Shown: positions 1 through 11,778 of the stretch, one piece after another
Layout of the letters: each line of letters opens with the position of its first letter
Position numbering within the stretch: position 1 is the stretch's first letter
DNA from: Cetorhinus maximus
Lineage: Eukaryota
Assembly: GCF_964194155.1 (NCBI RefSeq)
Contig: NC_135901.1
Span: 37,634,001 to 37,698,000 of the forward strand
Direction of reading: 5' to 3'
Length of the DNA: 64,000 nucleotides
The notes under the pieces: model-generated
What the model was told of the DNA's origin: nothing
What the model saw: only the letters and a program-made list of their open reading frames with translations
The model's database searches: none
Position numbers and translations under genes: made by a program

Positions 1-1800
1 TGAAGTCCCCTGGCAATATATCAAACGTGAGCAAGGAAACCTGTTAATTACCAAGTACCACCCTCCCTCAGCTGATGAATCAGTGCTCCTCCATGTTGAG
101 CAACACTTGGAGGAAGCACTGAGGATGGCAAGGGTGCACAATGTATTCTGGGTGGGGGACTTCAATGCCCATCACCAAGCATGGCTCGGTAGCACCATTA
201 TTGACCGAGCTGGCTTAGTCCTAAATAACATAGCTGCTAAACTGGGTCTGCAGCAGGTGGTGAGGGAAAAACATACTTGAACTCATCCTCACCAGCCTGC
301 CTGCCTCAGATGCATCTGTCCATGACAGTTTCAGTTGGGGTGACAGCCGCACAGTCATTGTGGAGACGAAGTCCCGCCTTCACATTGAGGATAACTTCCA
401 TCGTGTTGTGTGACACTACCACCATGCTACATGGGATAGATTTCTAATAGATCTAGCAACTCAAGACTGGGCATCCATGAGGCACCGTGGGCCATCGGTA
501 GCAGCAGAATTGTACTTGGCCATTGTCTGTAACCTCATGGCCTGGCATATTCCCAGCAAGCCAGGGGATCAACCCTGGTTCAGCGAAGAGTGCAAGGGGG
601 CATGCCAGGAGCAGCACCAGGTATGCCTAAAAATGGGGTGTCAACCTGGTGAAGCTATAACACAGGACTACTTGCATGCCAAACAGCATAAGCAGCAACT
701 GATGAACAGGGCTAAGCGATCCCACAACCAATGGATCAGATCTAAGCTCTGATTTCCTGTCACATCCAGTCAAGAATGTGGTGGACAATTATAACAACTT
801 ACTGGAGGAGGAGGTTCCACAAATGTCCTCATACTCAATGATGGGGGACCCAAGTACATCAGTGCAAAAGATAAAGCTATAATCTTCAGCCAGAAGTGCC
901 AAGTGGATGGTCCATCTCGGCATCCTCCAGAGGTCCCCAGTATCACAGATGTCAGTCTTCAGCCAATTCGATTCACTCCACGTGAAATCAGGTTGCGGCT
1001 GAAGGCACTGGATAGTGCAAAGGTTATGGGCCCTGACAATATTCTGGCAATAGTACTGAAGGTGTGTTCTCCAGAACTTACCGTGCCCCAAACTAAGCTG
1101 TTCCAGTGCAGCTATAACAATGGCATCTACCCAGCTATGTGGAAAATTGCCCAGGTATGTCCTGTACCCAAAAAGCAGGACAAATCTAACCCAGACAATT
1201 ACCGCCCCATCAGTCTACTCTCCGTCATCAGTAAAGTAATGGAAGGGGTCACTGACAGTGCTGTCAAGCAGTACTTGCTTTGCAATAACTTGCTCACTGA
1301 TGCCCAGTTTGGGTTCCGCCAGGTCCACTCAGCTCCTGACCTCAGTACAGCTTTAATTCAAACGTGGACAAAAGAGCTGAACTCCAGAGGTGAGGTTAGA
1401 GTGACTGCCCTTGACAGCAAGGCAGCATTTGACCGAGTCTGGCATCAAGGAGCCCTAGCAAAATTGGAGTCAATGGGAATCAGTGGGAAACTCCCCGCTG
1501 GATGGAGTCATAATTAACAAAAATGAAGGTGGTTGTGGTTGTTGGGGGTTAATCCTCTCAGCTCCAGGACATCACTGCAGGAGTTCCTTAGGGTGGTGTC
1601 CTCGGCCCGACCATCTTCAGCTGCTTCATCAATGACCTTCTACCCATCATAAGGTCAGAAGTGGGGATGTTCGCTGATGATCGCACAATGTTCAGCACCA
1701 TTCGCGACTCCTCAGACACTGAAGCAGTCCATGTCCAAATGCAGCAAAACCCAGATAGTATCCAGGCCTGGGTTGAGAAGAGGCAAGTAACATTCGAGCC
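1..1800 (+). mobile_element. Decayed CR1-group LINE ORF2 (AP-endonuclease plus reverse transcriptase), fragmented
   Basis: ORF pieces contain VGDFNAHH (endonuclease), NYRPISLLSVISKVMEG, QFGFR, AFDRVWH, the GVP-GVLGPTIF region and FADD. Same family as 21775-24097. Confidence 0.9.
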
Positions 1801-2713
1801 AAGTTTCGCCACAGAGCTGGAAATGTCACACTTGGAACAAGTGGAGAACAAACACTGAGGCGGAGTGAGTGAATGAAAGGAGAGAAGGGCTGGTTGCAAA
1901 GTACTGACAATGGAGATGGTGGTGCAACGCATAATATGGGTGGGAGAAGGTCAAATGTTGCTGCCTACTGTTTACACTGGCACAACTATCACTCCTGATC
2001 AATCAACCAATCACAACTGCTCTTTGAAAGCCGCACGTACGGCCGAATGGCCTCTTTATTTGTTGTAACTTTCTGTAATTTTATGTTTCCCAACAGCACA
2101 GGTCATTCATTCTGCGATTTTATAAACCACTCCGGCGAGATGTACTTTCTTACCATGTATTCGGGTCGTATCAAAGCAAAACACGGAGCAAATTCAGCGA
2201 GGTTTCTTGTCATTTCCAGCACGAGATTTGTCACGCGACTAATTGAGCGACACATTAATGGTGCCAATCCTTCCCTGGAGTTCATCGCATCTGAAGAGCA
2301 CTTTTATCATCAGCCTGTTTGCAATGCATCTGCTGAATAATATAAGCTTATGCTTTGCTTTCTTACATTGAAAGCCAGTGTGAAAATATGAACAATTTCA
2401 AAGCTGAACAATGTACAAACGGACTAGACGGAGAGTGTGACTGTGCATAATCGGCACTGCGCACATTCCTGTAATCAGAATCTGGGAGATGAGTTCCTGG
2501 TGTCTCTTTACCCTGTTATCTGCAACTTTTCCCCTGTATCAAGCAGCAAATTGATCTGGGAGGTGGAGGCGAGGCAGGGACAGAAGCAGAAAGACATGTG
2601 ACAGGAAAGTGCTTTGAATTTAATGTCTGTCAGTTGCCTTTAGTGGTGAATGTTTGGCGAATAGTTTGTGTTATTTCTTTTTTCCTATTTGAAAGCAGCA
2701 AAATTTTAGAAGA

Positions 2714-2786
2714 ACTACAGCGTGGGGCTCGAACCCACGACTCTGAACTTAAGAGTCTCATGCTCTACCGACTGAGCTAGCTGGGA
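2714..2786 (-). tRNA. tRNA-Lys(CTT)-like gene, probably a pseudogene
   Basis: Reverse complement TCCCAGCTAGCTCAGTCGGTAGAGCATGAGACTCTTAAGTTCAGAGTCGTGGGTTCGAGCCCCACGCTGTAGT matches vertebrate tRNA-Lys-CTT. A and B boxes and anticodon intact; outer acceptor stem mispaired. Confidence 0.85.
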
Positions 2787-3239
2787 ACATGAGGAAAGTA
2801 TACTCCATATCCAAACATACACGGAGAGGCCTGTTGCTTTCAACCTGATACATCAGCTTGTTCTGAATGGCAAAACATAAAACGTAATCGACCTACCAAA
2901 GTCCCAAGGTTGCAATGCATTCCTCTCAATCATCGAGAACACCATTTACATCTTCCGCTCCTTAGTTGCACATCCTTCCAAATACTGTGATCCATTTTCC
3001 TCAGGATTTGTTCCTGGGTTTAACATTTACCTGCTTTTTGACCTCACTGAAATCAGATTCTCTTCAATGTCCAACACAAATTGAATTGCAAACCTGACGG
3101 ACAAACAATGGAAAACAAGTCACTCGGTAACTCAAATCCCATGGGGCTCATTTTCAGATTAACAACAGTCAGCTTTTCAATAAAATGAAGGAATTTTGCA
3201 GTGAAGGAATTTAGATAGTTGGTGTGACTTCTTTTTGTG

Positions 3240-3545
3240 ACTCACTCACTCGGTTAATCTGTAAATGCTGCTCGGAGGTTTAGTGACCGGGGTATAATCT
3301 ACCTGCATTTTCCTGAGCCTGTGCTCGGTGTATTGGGAGGTTTGGTCTGGGTTGGAGTACCTCATGTTCCAGGGATGGACAGTAACCCGCTGATTGAAGC
3401 TGCAGTCACCGCTTTCTGTTGGCAGCGGGTGATTGGAGAGTGCGGGGCAGGAATATTGCTGCTTTTCTGCTTTTCCCTGTTCCACTCACTGTTGAACGGA
3501 GGAAGAGAGAATAATGAATGGTCTGTTTGGATCCAATAATTTCAT
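3240..3545 (-). repeat. Cassette block A (exon-like, ~250 bp core), copy 1
   Basis: Clearly homologous to 25330-25640 (+), 56490-56810 (+) and partial 59200-59345 (-). All full copies carry the same 79-codon frame (xQGKAExQQYS...PVTKPPSSIYR). Confidence 0.85.
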
Positions 3546-3768
3546 AGATTTCTAATGGGTTAGATGGAGGTACGCAGTACGTCTAAACCTTTTCTCATTG
3601 TATTTGATGGAACAATGATTTTTTTTTAAAAAGCTGTTTGTGTGGGAGCTCACAGGGTAACATTATCTGGTACCATTTTGGGGACATTATCTCACAGCCC
3701 AAGTACCCAATGACAATCCGGAACTACGTGATCATGAATGCCGATGCAGGGATAAACAGTAATAGCTT

Positions 3769-3842
3769 CAGCCCTGGATGGTCATGAATCACCAACCTTT
3801 CAGTTAACAGGTAAACACGCTGACCAATTGCACCACAGAGAC
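3769..3842 (-). tRNA. tRNA-Asn(GTT)-like pseudogene
   Basis: Reverse complement GTCTCTGTGGTGCAATTGGTCAGCGTGTTTACCTGTTAACTGAAAGGTTGGTGATTCATGACCATCCAGGGC aligns to vertebrate tRNA-Asn-GTT; T-arm mutated. Confidence 0.8.
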
Positions 3843-3899
3843 TTAGGCAAGTTCAGCCGACAAGATATCCCAACCACGGTGTCAGTGGGTGTAATCTTC

Positions 3900-4352
3900 A
3901 GGTTGCTGCTACCCAGATGACTATCGTTCTCTATCAGATTTACTTTTCCAAAATAAAGGTTGGGGCACCCACTGCAGACACATCCATGTCACTGGGAACC
4001 AGCTCTCCTACAACTGGTGCCGTCTCCCTTCGAGCCTTTCATTGTCTTGTCTGGTACCAAGTATTCTGATTGTCCCGAAGCCGATATTAGCTTTGAATTC
4101 CTCATGTGCAGTAACGAGAATCCTTTCAAGGTCTCTGGTCAGTTAATTTCACAGATAACATCAGGGTCAATGTTCCAGCGTCTTAAAGAAGGGAAAGGTG
4201 TTTTGACTGTCTCTGGTCAGTGGGACAGTTCATCCTTCATTCTCCTCGGATTCCATTCCACAAAGGGGATTTTCTTTTTCTTCTTGAATTTCCTGACCAC
4301 ATCTGGCAGCATCTTTGAGTGGAGAGGCATAATTATCGGATCAGATGCAGTG
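3900..4352. repeat. Cassette block B, copy 1
   Basis: Homologous to 24466-24960 (inverted) and 59670-60045 (same orientation). Confidence 0.85.
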
Positions 4353-4490
4353 CAGTTCTGATGAAAGGTTACAGATCTGAAATGAAAACGATGTTTCTCT
4401 CTCCACAGGCGCCACCAGATCTGCTGAGAATTCCAGCACTTTCTGTTTTTATTTCAGATAGCCAGCATCTGCAGTATTTTGCTTCTCTTT
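4352..4490 (+). mobile_element. Short Penelope-derived terminal element with degenerate hammerhead motif
   Basis: CAGTTCTGATGAAAGGTTACAGATCTGAAA followed by the family 3' end (CTGCTGAG...CCAGCA...TTTCAGA...GCATCTGCAGTATTTT). Paralog at 24340-24466. Confidence 0.75.
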
Positions 4491-4504
4491 ACCTGGTTAG
4501 TGAA

Positions 4505-4878
4505 ACGTAAAAGATTCTGAGGGTTCTTGACAGGGTGGAGGTGGAGAGGACGTTACCTCTTGTGGGAGATTTGAGAACAGGGGGCCGTGTTTAAAAATAA
4601 GAGGTCGCCCATTTAAAACAGAGATGAGGCGAAATTTTATTTTCTCTCAGAGGGCCGTGAAGCTTTGGAATGCTCTTCCTGAAAAGGCTGTGGAAGCAGA
4701 GTCTTTGAATATTTTTAAGGGAGAGGTGGATATATTCTTTGTAAGCAAGGGGGTGATAGGTTATCAGGGGTAGACAGGGTACAGGTTTCAGGTTACTATC
4801 AGATCAACCATGATCTTATTAAATGGCGAAGCAGACTTGAGGGACATAATGACCTACTCCTGCCCCTTGTTCTTATGC
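4505..4878 (+). mobile_element. CR1 LINE 3' fragment
   Basis: Typical CR1 ORF2 C-terminus and 3' UTR (CTTGACAGGGTGGA..., CCTACTCCTGC...TTCTTATG). Absent from the paralogous site near 24320. Confidence 0.8.
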
Positions 4879-5419
4879 AGTGTTAAGAATGTGGATCCAA
4901 TTACCAGTAGATTTCCAGATCCATGTCTGAGCTGAAAACGTGTAGGTAAACTGACATTATGAACAGATTGTTCACCACCCGGAAGTGGAAAGGGGTTTGC
5001 TCTATAATCCCAATTACTGACACACCATCACAGCCTCGCTGGTGGGAGATCATTCAGATACTTCACGTGTATAAAGGGCTTTATTCAGTTAGCCCAAATG
5101 TTAACACTCCAGCTTTAAAAGTTCATTGGATTTGATCCACAATCAGAGCATTGCTACTGACAAGACACGGCTTAACTGAACCATGTACAGCGCAGGGGAG
5201 AGGGGGAAGTCAGCAGCTAACCCCATCTGCTGAGACTCCGCTGAGTTCAGATCTAACTGTAGGGGTTTGTTCTGCTGTTCATTACATCCAGGAGAGAATT
5301 GTGGTGGATCTTGGAGCAATATGGCCGTTGCATCAATTGATTTAACAATTTTATGTCTTACCCCTATGGCACCGATCGTATTCTGATTGCAGGATGAAAA
5401 CATTCTACAATTCGGACTT

Positions 5420-5850
5420 TCAATGGCGGGGCGCTCACCCGGCTTTCACTGCGGGACAGAATGTGCCCTATACTCACAACAGAAATTCTCTATGCATGCG
5501 CATTTCTGTGTATGATGGGGCATGCGCATTGCTGTTCTTTTAATGAGCATGCGTAGTGCTGGTCTGTGACTGCAGCTGCTCAGAGCGGGTGAGATAATGT
5601 CGAGGGGAGCAAAGCAACAGAGTTAGTGGGTGTGTGAGGAGGAATGGAGCCAGCAGAGTGGGCAGGGAGGCTTCATAAAGACACGGTGCAGGCCGCAGAC
5701 CCCAAATAACAAGGTAGCCGTCTTGTGTTTGCAGAGAACGGTCCAAAAGTCTGGATTTCTCCCTTCGCCAGGCCCGGGATAACGGCCACCATCTTTATAG
5801 GGGGCAATGTGCAGCAGGGCGCATGCGCGGTCATCCTGGTCCAGGTAGCA
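5420..5850 (+). promoter_or_regulatory. CpG-rich putative promoter of the zinc-finger gene at 8.9 kb
   Basis: Several GCATGCGC (NRF1-type) motifs, a GGCCACCATCTT YY1-like motif and local CpG enrichment. Inverted paralog at 21050-21460. Confidence 0.6.
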
Positions 5851-5874
5851 GGAGGAGAGAATGTTGTGAATTTC

Positions 5875-6691
5875 AAGTGAAGCAGCATTTCATTTGCACT
5901 TCCCTCAATTTAGTCTACTGCATTCGCTGCTCCCAGTGCGGTCTCCTCTACATTGGAGAGACCAAACGCAGGCTGGGTGACCACTTTGTGGAACACCTTC
6001 GGTCTGTCCACAAGCATAACCATGACCTCCCTGTCGCTTGCTATTTCAACACACCACCCTGCTCTCAATCCCGTCCTTGGCCTGCTGCAATGTTCCAGTG
6101 AAGCTCAACGCTAACTGGAGGAACAGCACCTCATCTTCCGACTAGGCACTTTACAGCCTTCCGGACTTAACATTGAGTTCAACAACTTTAGATCGTGAAC
6201 TCTCTCCTCCATTCCCACCCCCTTTCCGATCCCGTTTTCCAATAATTTATAATAATTTAAAAAATATATTTTTCTTTTCCCACCTATTGCCGTTATTTTT
6301 AAATTTATTTCCATCCATTGTTTTATCTCTACCTTTTGGCCTCTTTAGATCCCATCCCACCACCCCACCCCCACTAGGGCCATCTGTCACTTGCTCGTCC
6401 TGCTTTCTACCCTCAATGTCCCCATTAGCACATTCGTTAGCTGATATCACTACCATCAACACCCCTTTGTTCTTTTGTCCATGACATCTTTGGCAATCTC
6501 TTCTTTGCCTCCACCCATCTCTGGCCCTCTATCCAGCTCTACCTGTCCCACCCCCCTCAACCAGCATATATTTCACCTCATTCTATATTTCCTTAGTTAT
6601 GATGAAGAGTCATACGGACTCGATACATTAACCCTATTCCTTTCCGCAGATGCTGTCAGACCTGCTGAGTATTTACAGCTATTTTTGTTTT
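5875..6691 (+). mobile_element. 5'-truncated Penelope-like element (GIY-YIG C-terminus, 3' UTR, degenerate hammerhead)
   Basis: NLVYCIRCSQCGLLYIGETKRRLGDHFVEH is a GIY-YIG motif. 13-bp TSD TGTTGTGAATTTC at 5862-5874 and 6692-6704. Absent from the paralogous arm near 21045. Confidence 0.92.
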
Positions 6692-6697
6692 TGTTGT

Positions 6698-7075
6698 GAA
6701 TTTCTATCAGGGACTGACAGGTGTGGATTTTGGAAACTCCTTTTACAGAGGGTTAGAAGAGGAGGATTTACACACAGCAAACTCAAACCAAGAGAAATGT
6801 TTGTTCTTTCTGAATTTGTGTCCTGGACTAACAGTGATGGATTTTGGAAACTCTTTTTACCTGGGGTTAAGAGAGGATCTACACACAACAAACTCAAAGC
6901 AGGAGAACTGTTTGTCTGTTCTCAATTTCTACCCTGGACTGACAGTGATGGTTTTTTAATCTCCTTTTTACAGGATAATGGAAGGGGGTTCTCAGACAGG
7001 AAACTCAATTCAAACACCACATCAAAGTCTGGCAGAATCACTCGATTCATCAGGACCTGGATATTATCACACTCT
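6698..7075 (+). repeat. Three tandem ~110-115 bp copies of the zinc-finger exon 5' module (splice acceptor plus exon start)
   Basis: Repeated GAATTT..CCTGGACTGACAGTGATGGATTTT..CTCCTTTTACAG|G..GGATTT..AAACTCAAACC. Related copies at 14030, 20790-21050 (-), 26590, 29340-29630 (-) and 33965. Confidence 0.75.
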
Positions 7076-7084
7076 GAGTGTAAG

Positions 7085-7405
7085 TGTTGAGTTCCAGGCC
7101 ATTACCACTCACTGTGTGAAATGTCTTCCTCACATCTCCCCTGTAGACCTTGCCCCAAATCTTAAATCTGTGTCTATAATCCTTTTATGATCAGCGAATG
7201 GGAACAGCTTTTCTTTAACTGCCTGATGTAAACCAGTCATAATCTTGTACACCTCTATCAAATCTCCCCTCAATCTACTTTGATCCAAAGAGAACACCAG
7301 TTTGTCCAACCTAACCTTGCAACTAAAATCCCTCATCTCTCAAACCATTCTGTTAAATCTCCTCTGCCCCCTCTCAAGGACCCTCACATCCTTCACAATG
7401 TGTGG
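7085..7405 (-). mobile_element. CR1 LINE 3' fragment
   Basis: Translated LVFSLDQSRLRGDLIEVYKIM, the CR1 ORF2 C-terminal motif. Confidence 0.85.
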
Positions 7406-7584
7406 TGATCACAGACCCAGATGTTCTGTGTCCGTGTGTGTGACATCATCACACATCGACAATTACACTGTGACATCACCCCGCTCCCCGGGTATTTCCT
7501 CAACTGGGAGATTTTTCTCTGACTCCAGTGCTTCTGATATCTTTCCAGCTGCAGATGATGAAGGAACAGTATTATATGCCCAAA

Positions 7585-8420
7585 TCAACAACAACAATTT
7601 GTACTTGTATAGCTCCTTTTGAGTAATAGAATGATCCAAGATGTTGCACAGAATTGTTCAAAAGCAACATTTACACTGAGCCACATAACGAGCAAAGATT
7701 GGCCAGCGGGGTTAGTTTTAAGGAATATCTTAAAGGAGGAAAGCAAGGTGGAGATGTTCAAGGACCAAATTCCACAGCTCATGGGCCTGGAGCTGAAGGT
7801 GCAGCCAACAAAGTTAGATCAGTTAAAATCAGGGATGCTCAGAAAGCTAGGAATAGAGGAGTGCAGATATCTCGGAGGGTTGTGAGGCTGAAGGAGATTA
7901 CAGAGATCGGGAGGGGCCATGGATGAATTGGAAAATAGGATGGGAATTTGATAGTTTTGTTGTTTCTTATCCCGGAGCCTTCTGGGTCAGTGAGCACAGG
8001 GGTGATGGGTGAACTAGACTTGGTGCGAGTAAGCACACGGGCAGCAGAGTTTTGGATGACCTCAAGATTACAGGGAGGCTGAATGTGGGAGGCCGACCAG
8101 GAGTGTGTCAGGATAGTTAAGTCTCGAGGTAACAAAGGAATGGATGAGTTTCAGCAGCAGATAAGCTGAGACTGGATTGGAGTCGGGATATGTTACTGAG
8201 GTGGAAATAGGTGGTCTTGGTGATGATGCGGATATGTGGCTGGAAGCTCATCTTGGGGTGAAATACTTCACCATGGTTGTGAACATTCTGGTTCAGTCTC
8301 AGACAGTTGTCAGTGGGAGGGATGGAGTCCATGGCTAAGGAGTGGAGCTTGTAGACAATGACTTCAGTCTTCCCAATATTTTAATGGAGGAAATTTCTTT
8401 TCATCCAGTACTGGATGTCA
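7585..8420 (-). mobile_element. L2 LINE 3' fragment
   Basis: Translated LEVIQNSAARVLTRTKSSSPITPVL and HIRIITKTTYFHLSNISRL, typical L2 C-terminal motifs. Confidence 0.85.
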
Positions 8421-8923
8421 GAAAGTTGGGACTGTGTGTTACTTGGAGGGGAACTTGGAGTAGTTGCCGTTCACCTACACATACAACCTTCAACCTTCTT
8501 GTGGGTAGACGCAGAGGGTTTGGATGGTTTTGTCAAAGGCTGGGTTGAGTTACACATAAACACCCTCTCTCCCCCTCTCTCTCCTCCCTTAGAGGCCAGT
8601 GTCCTGAGTGAGCCCAGACCGGGTGGCCAGTTCCCTTCCCAGAAGGACATTGGTGAACCAGTTGGGTTTTTATGACAATCCAGCAGTTTTCATGGTCACT
8701 TTTTCCCAGTGCCAGCCCCACAAATTCCCAGATTCATTCAGCTCAATTTCACAACCTGCCTTTGTGTTTTTGTGGGTTCTCTCTCACTCCATTTTTTCTG
8801 TTTTAAATCAATTTCACAGGGTAATAAAAGGGGAAAATGTGCAGTTAGGAACTTGAAACAGCACATCAAGACCTGACAGATTTGCTATATCTATTGTAAC
8901 CTGAATATTATTGGATTTTGAAC

Positions 8924-9550
8924 ATGGAAGGAAAAAGCACCATTCATCGTGTGGAGAAACCGTATACGTGTTCTCTGTGTGGACAAGGCTTCAATCAATC
9001 ATCTGGCTTGTCAAGACACAAGCGCAGTCACACTGGGGAGAAACCCTGTAAATGCAGGGACTGTGGGAAGGGATTCTTTTCCCCATTTGAGCTGGAAATT
9101 CACCGGCGCAGTCACACTGGAGAGAGACCATTCACCTGCTCCGAATGTGGGAAGGGATTCACTCAGTCATCCAGCCTGCTGAGACACCGGCGAGGTCACA
9201 CTGGGGAAAGGCCGTTCACCTGCTCCAATTGTGGGCAGGGATTCAATCAGTCATCCACCCTGCTGAGACACCAGCGAATTCACACCGGTGAGAGGCCATT
9301 CACCTGTTCAAAGTGTGGGAATGGATTCACTCGGTTATCTCACCTACTGAGACACGAGGGAGTTCACACTGGGGAGAGGCCATTCACCTGCTCTCAGTGT
9401 GGGAAGGGATTCGCTCTTTCATCCCACTTGCTGAGACATCAGCGGGTTCACACTGGGGAGAGGCCATTCACATGCTCCACGTGTGGGAAGGGATTCACTC
9501 TTTCATCCCACCTGCTGAGACATCAGCGAGTTCACAAGAAACTGCAGTGA
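8924..9550 (+). CDS. C2H2 zinc-finger protein, 7 tandem fingers, no KRAB or SCAN in the exon; intact ORF
   Basis: Seven Cx2Cx12Hx3H fingers with HTGE(K/R)P linkers. ATG at 8924; pyrimidine tract and TTTCACAG acceptor at ~8819; AATAAA at 9618. Confidence 0.9.
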   Translation: MEGKSTIHRVEKPYTCSLCGQGFNQSSGLSRHKRSHTGEKPCKCRDCGKGFFSPFELEIHRRSHTGERPFTCSECGKGFTQSSSLLRHRRGHTGERPFTCSNCGQGFNQSSTLLRHQRIHTGERPFTCSKCGNGFTRLSHLLRHEGVHTGERPFTCSQCGKGFALSSHLLRHQRVHTGERPFTCSTCGKGFTLSSHLLRHQRVHKKLQ

Positions 9551-9739
9551 TTGTATTTTGCAGTCAATCATATCCAGGATAGAACTATGTTCATTCGGGT
9601 CTATTTCTGCTGATTTTAATAAACTCCAGCCCAGTTATAGATGTCAATACTCTGGATAAAGTAAAATAAATCAGCTTTGTATGAAGTACAGTGTGGTGAA
9701 TGTTTTTAGTCTCGAACACAAGTTAGTTTCTTTTGAAGT

Positions 9740-9960
9740 GCTCTCCCTCTCCCCTGTCTCATCCATCCTCACCTCCAACAATAAGTGTGAGGATTTGATG
9801 CAGCTTCTTTGTCACTAAGATTGAGACAATCCGATCAGCTGCCTCTGCTGCTTCCCTCCCTTCCACTAGCCCACCGGGACAAACTGTCTCTAAAGTTGAC
9901 CCTTGTTCGAGTCATGGACTCACAACTTTCTTTATTTTCTCCTCTATCTCCTCTCATACC
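9740..9960 (+). mobile_element. L2 fragment attached downstream of the zinc-finger 3' UTR (part of the cassette)
   Basis: Same fragment with the same junction follows zinc-finger copies at 17090 (-), 45710, 52900 and 63415 (-). Confidence 0.8.
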
Positions 9961-11000
9961 TGAAATAAAAGTAAAATTCTGCAGATGCTGGAAATCTAAA
10001 TAAAAACAGAAAATGCTGGAATAACTCAGCAGGTCTGTTAGCATCTCTGGAGAGACAAACAGAGTTATCATTTTGAGTCTTGTGCGGTCTTGACAGGGTG
10101 GATGTGGAGAGAATGTTTTCTCTTGTAGGAGAATCTAGAACCAGGGGTCACTGTTTAAAAATGAGGGGTCACCCATTTAAGACAGAGATGAGAATTTGTT
10201 TTTCTATCAGAGGGTCGTGAGTCTTTGGAATTCTCTTACTCAAAAGGTGTTGGAAGCAGAGTTTTTGGATATTTTTAAGGTAGAGGTAGATAGATTCTTG
10301 ATTAACAAGGGGGTGAAAGGTTATTGGGTGTAGGCAGGAGTGTGGGGTTGAGATTAGAATCGGATCAGCCATGATCTTATTAAATGGTGGAACAGGCTCG
10401 AGGGGCCGAGTGGCCTATTCCTGCTCCTAATTCATCATATGTTCGTTTGACTTCTCAAGAGCTGAAGAGGTCGAAATGTGATGGAATTTATGCTGCTGAA
10501 AATGGAGGCGGTGGGGGGATGGGGAGGGTTACTGGAGCAAAACAGAAGGTCAGGGATTGGTTGGAGGTCAGGTGTGAGTAAATGACAAAGATGTCCTGGA
10601 CAGAACACAAAGGGAGTGATAATGATACTATTAAAGACTAACGCAGGTGTTAATAGCAGCATATAGATCAACCATGTCTGAAAGCAAGATAGCAGAATGT
10701 GTTAGTAGCAGAACAAAGGTCAGCATTTTCTGAAAGAAAAACATAAGAACAAGGTATAGACTGGCATTTGGCAGGAGGAGGTGGGTGGAAAGAAAATCAG
10801 CATGGAGGACAGAGTTCATGGTCTGAAATTGTTGAACTCAGTGTTAAGTCCAGAACACTGTTAGGTGCCTAATTGAAAGATGAGCTCCCTTTCCTCCAGT
10901 TTGTGTTTAGCTTCACTGGAACATCGTAGCTGGCTGAGGCTGAAGGCTTGCTCTCATGCTCACATTGCTGTCCTCAGCCTGCTACACTGTCCCAGTAAAC
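9960..11000. mobile_element. Nested Penelope 3' region (-) interrupted by a CR1 3' fragment (+, ~10085-10445)
   Basis: CAGATGCTGGAAATCT...CTCAGCAGGTCTG Penelope end; AAATTGTTGAACTCA...GTGCCTA matches the reverse of the GIY-YIG tail; CR1 3' UTR lies between them. Confidence 0.7.
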
Positions 11001-11241
11001 ATTTTGACATTATGTCTGGTTTGAGTTTCCTGTCTGACAATCTTCCCTCTCAAATATCCTATAAAAGGAGTTTACAAAAGCCAGTAAAGGATATAAATTC
11101 AGAGCAGACAATTCTAGTTTCTTTCCTTTTCATAATTTTGACATGGGATGCGGGTGTGACTGGCAAGGCCAGTATTTGTTGTCCGAGATGGACCTTGAGA
11201 AGGTCGTGGCAAGACACATTCTTGAGTTGCTGCAGTCCACA

Positions 11242-11335
11242 GGTTCACACTGAGGAGAGACCATTCACCTGCTCCAAGTGTGGGAAGGGATTCACTCAAT
11301 CATCCCACCTGCTGAGACACCGGGGAGTTCAGAAG
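11242..11335 (+). pseudogene. Isolated terminal C2H2 finger fragment
   Basis: [31 protein letters not shown] embedded between LINE fragments. Confidence 0.8.
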
Positions 11336-11778
11336 TGGCTGCTAGGAAAGGAATTCCAAGATGTTGATTCAGTGACTGAAGGAATGCCGATATATTTCAG
11401 AGTCTGACTTATGATGGAAGAACGGAGATTGATGAAGCAGCTGAAGATGGTTGGTCTGAGGACACTACCCTGAGGAACTCCTGTAGTGATGTCCTGGGAC
11501 TGAAATGATTGACCTCCAACAACCACAGCCATCTTCCTTTGAGTGAGGTATCACTCCAGAGTTTCTCATCCTGATTTCCATTGCATACAATTTTACTGGG
11601 AGACCTGAATGCCATAATCAGTCAAATGCTGCCATGATTTTAATGGTCATCATTCTCACCTCACCTCCGGAATTCATCTCTTTGGTCCATGTTTGGACTA
11701 AGGCTGTAATGAAATCAGGAGTTGTGTGGCCCTGCTGAAACCCAAACTGAACATCAGTGAGCAGGATTTTGGTGAGTA
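11335..11778 (-). mobile_element. CR1-group LINE RT fragment
   Basis: QFGFQQGHTTPD...AFD and TGVPQGSVLRPTIFSCFIN motifs. Confidence 0.85.

Noticed and set aside
8340-8920. Search for a KRAB, SCAN or BTB exon upstream of the zinc-finger exons
   Set aside because: No such motif was found in any listed ORF; upstream sequence is L2 and SINE-derived.
8949-9582. Alternative-frame ORFs overlapping zinc-finger exons (also at 14714, 18262, 34753, 44735)
   Set aside because: Expected shadow frames of the 84-bp finger repeat; no independent support.
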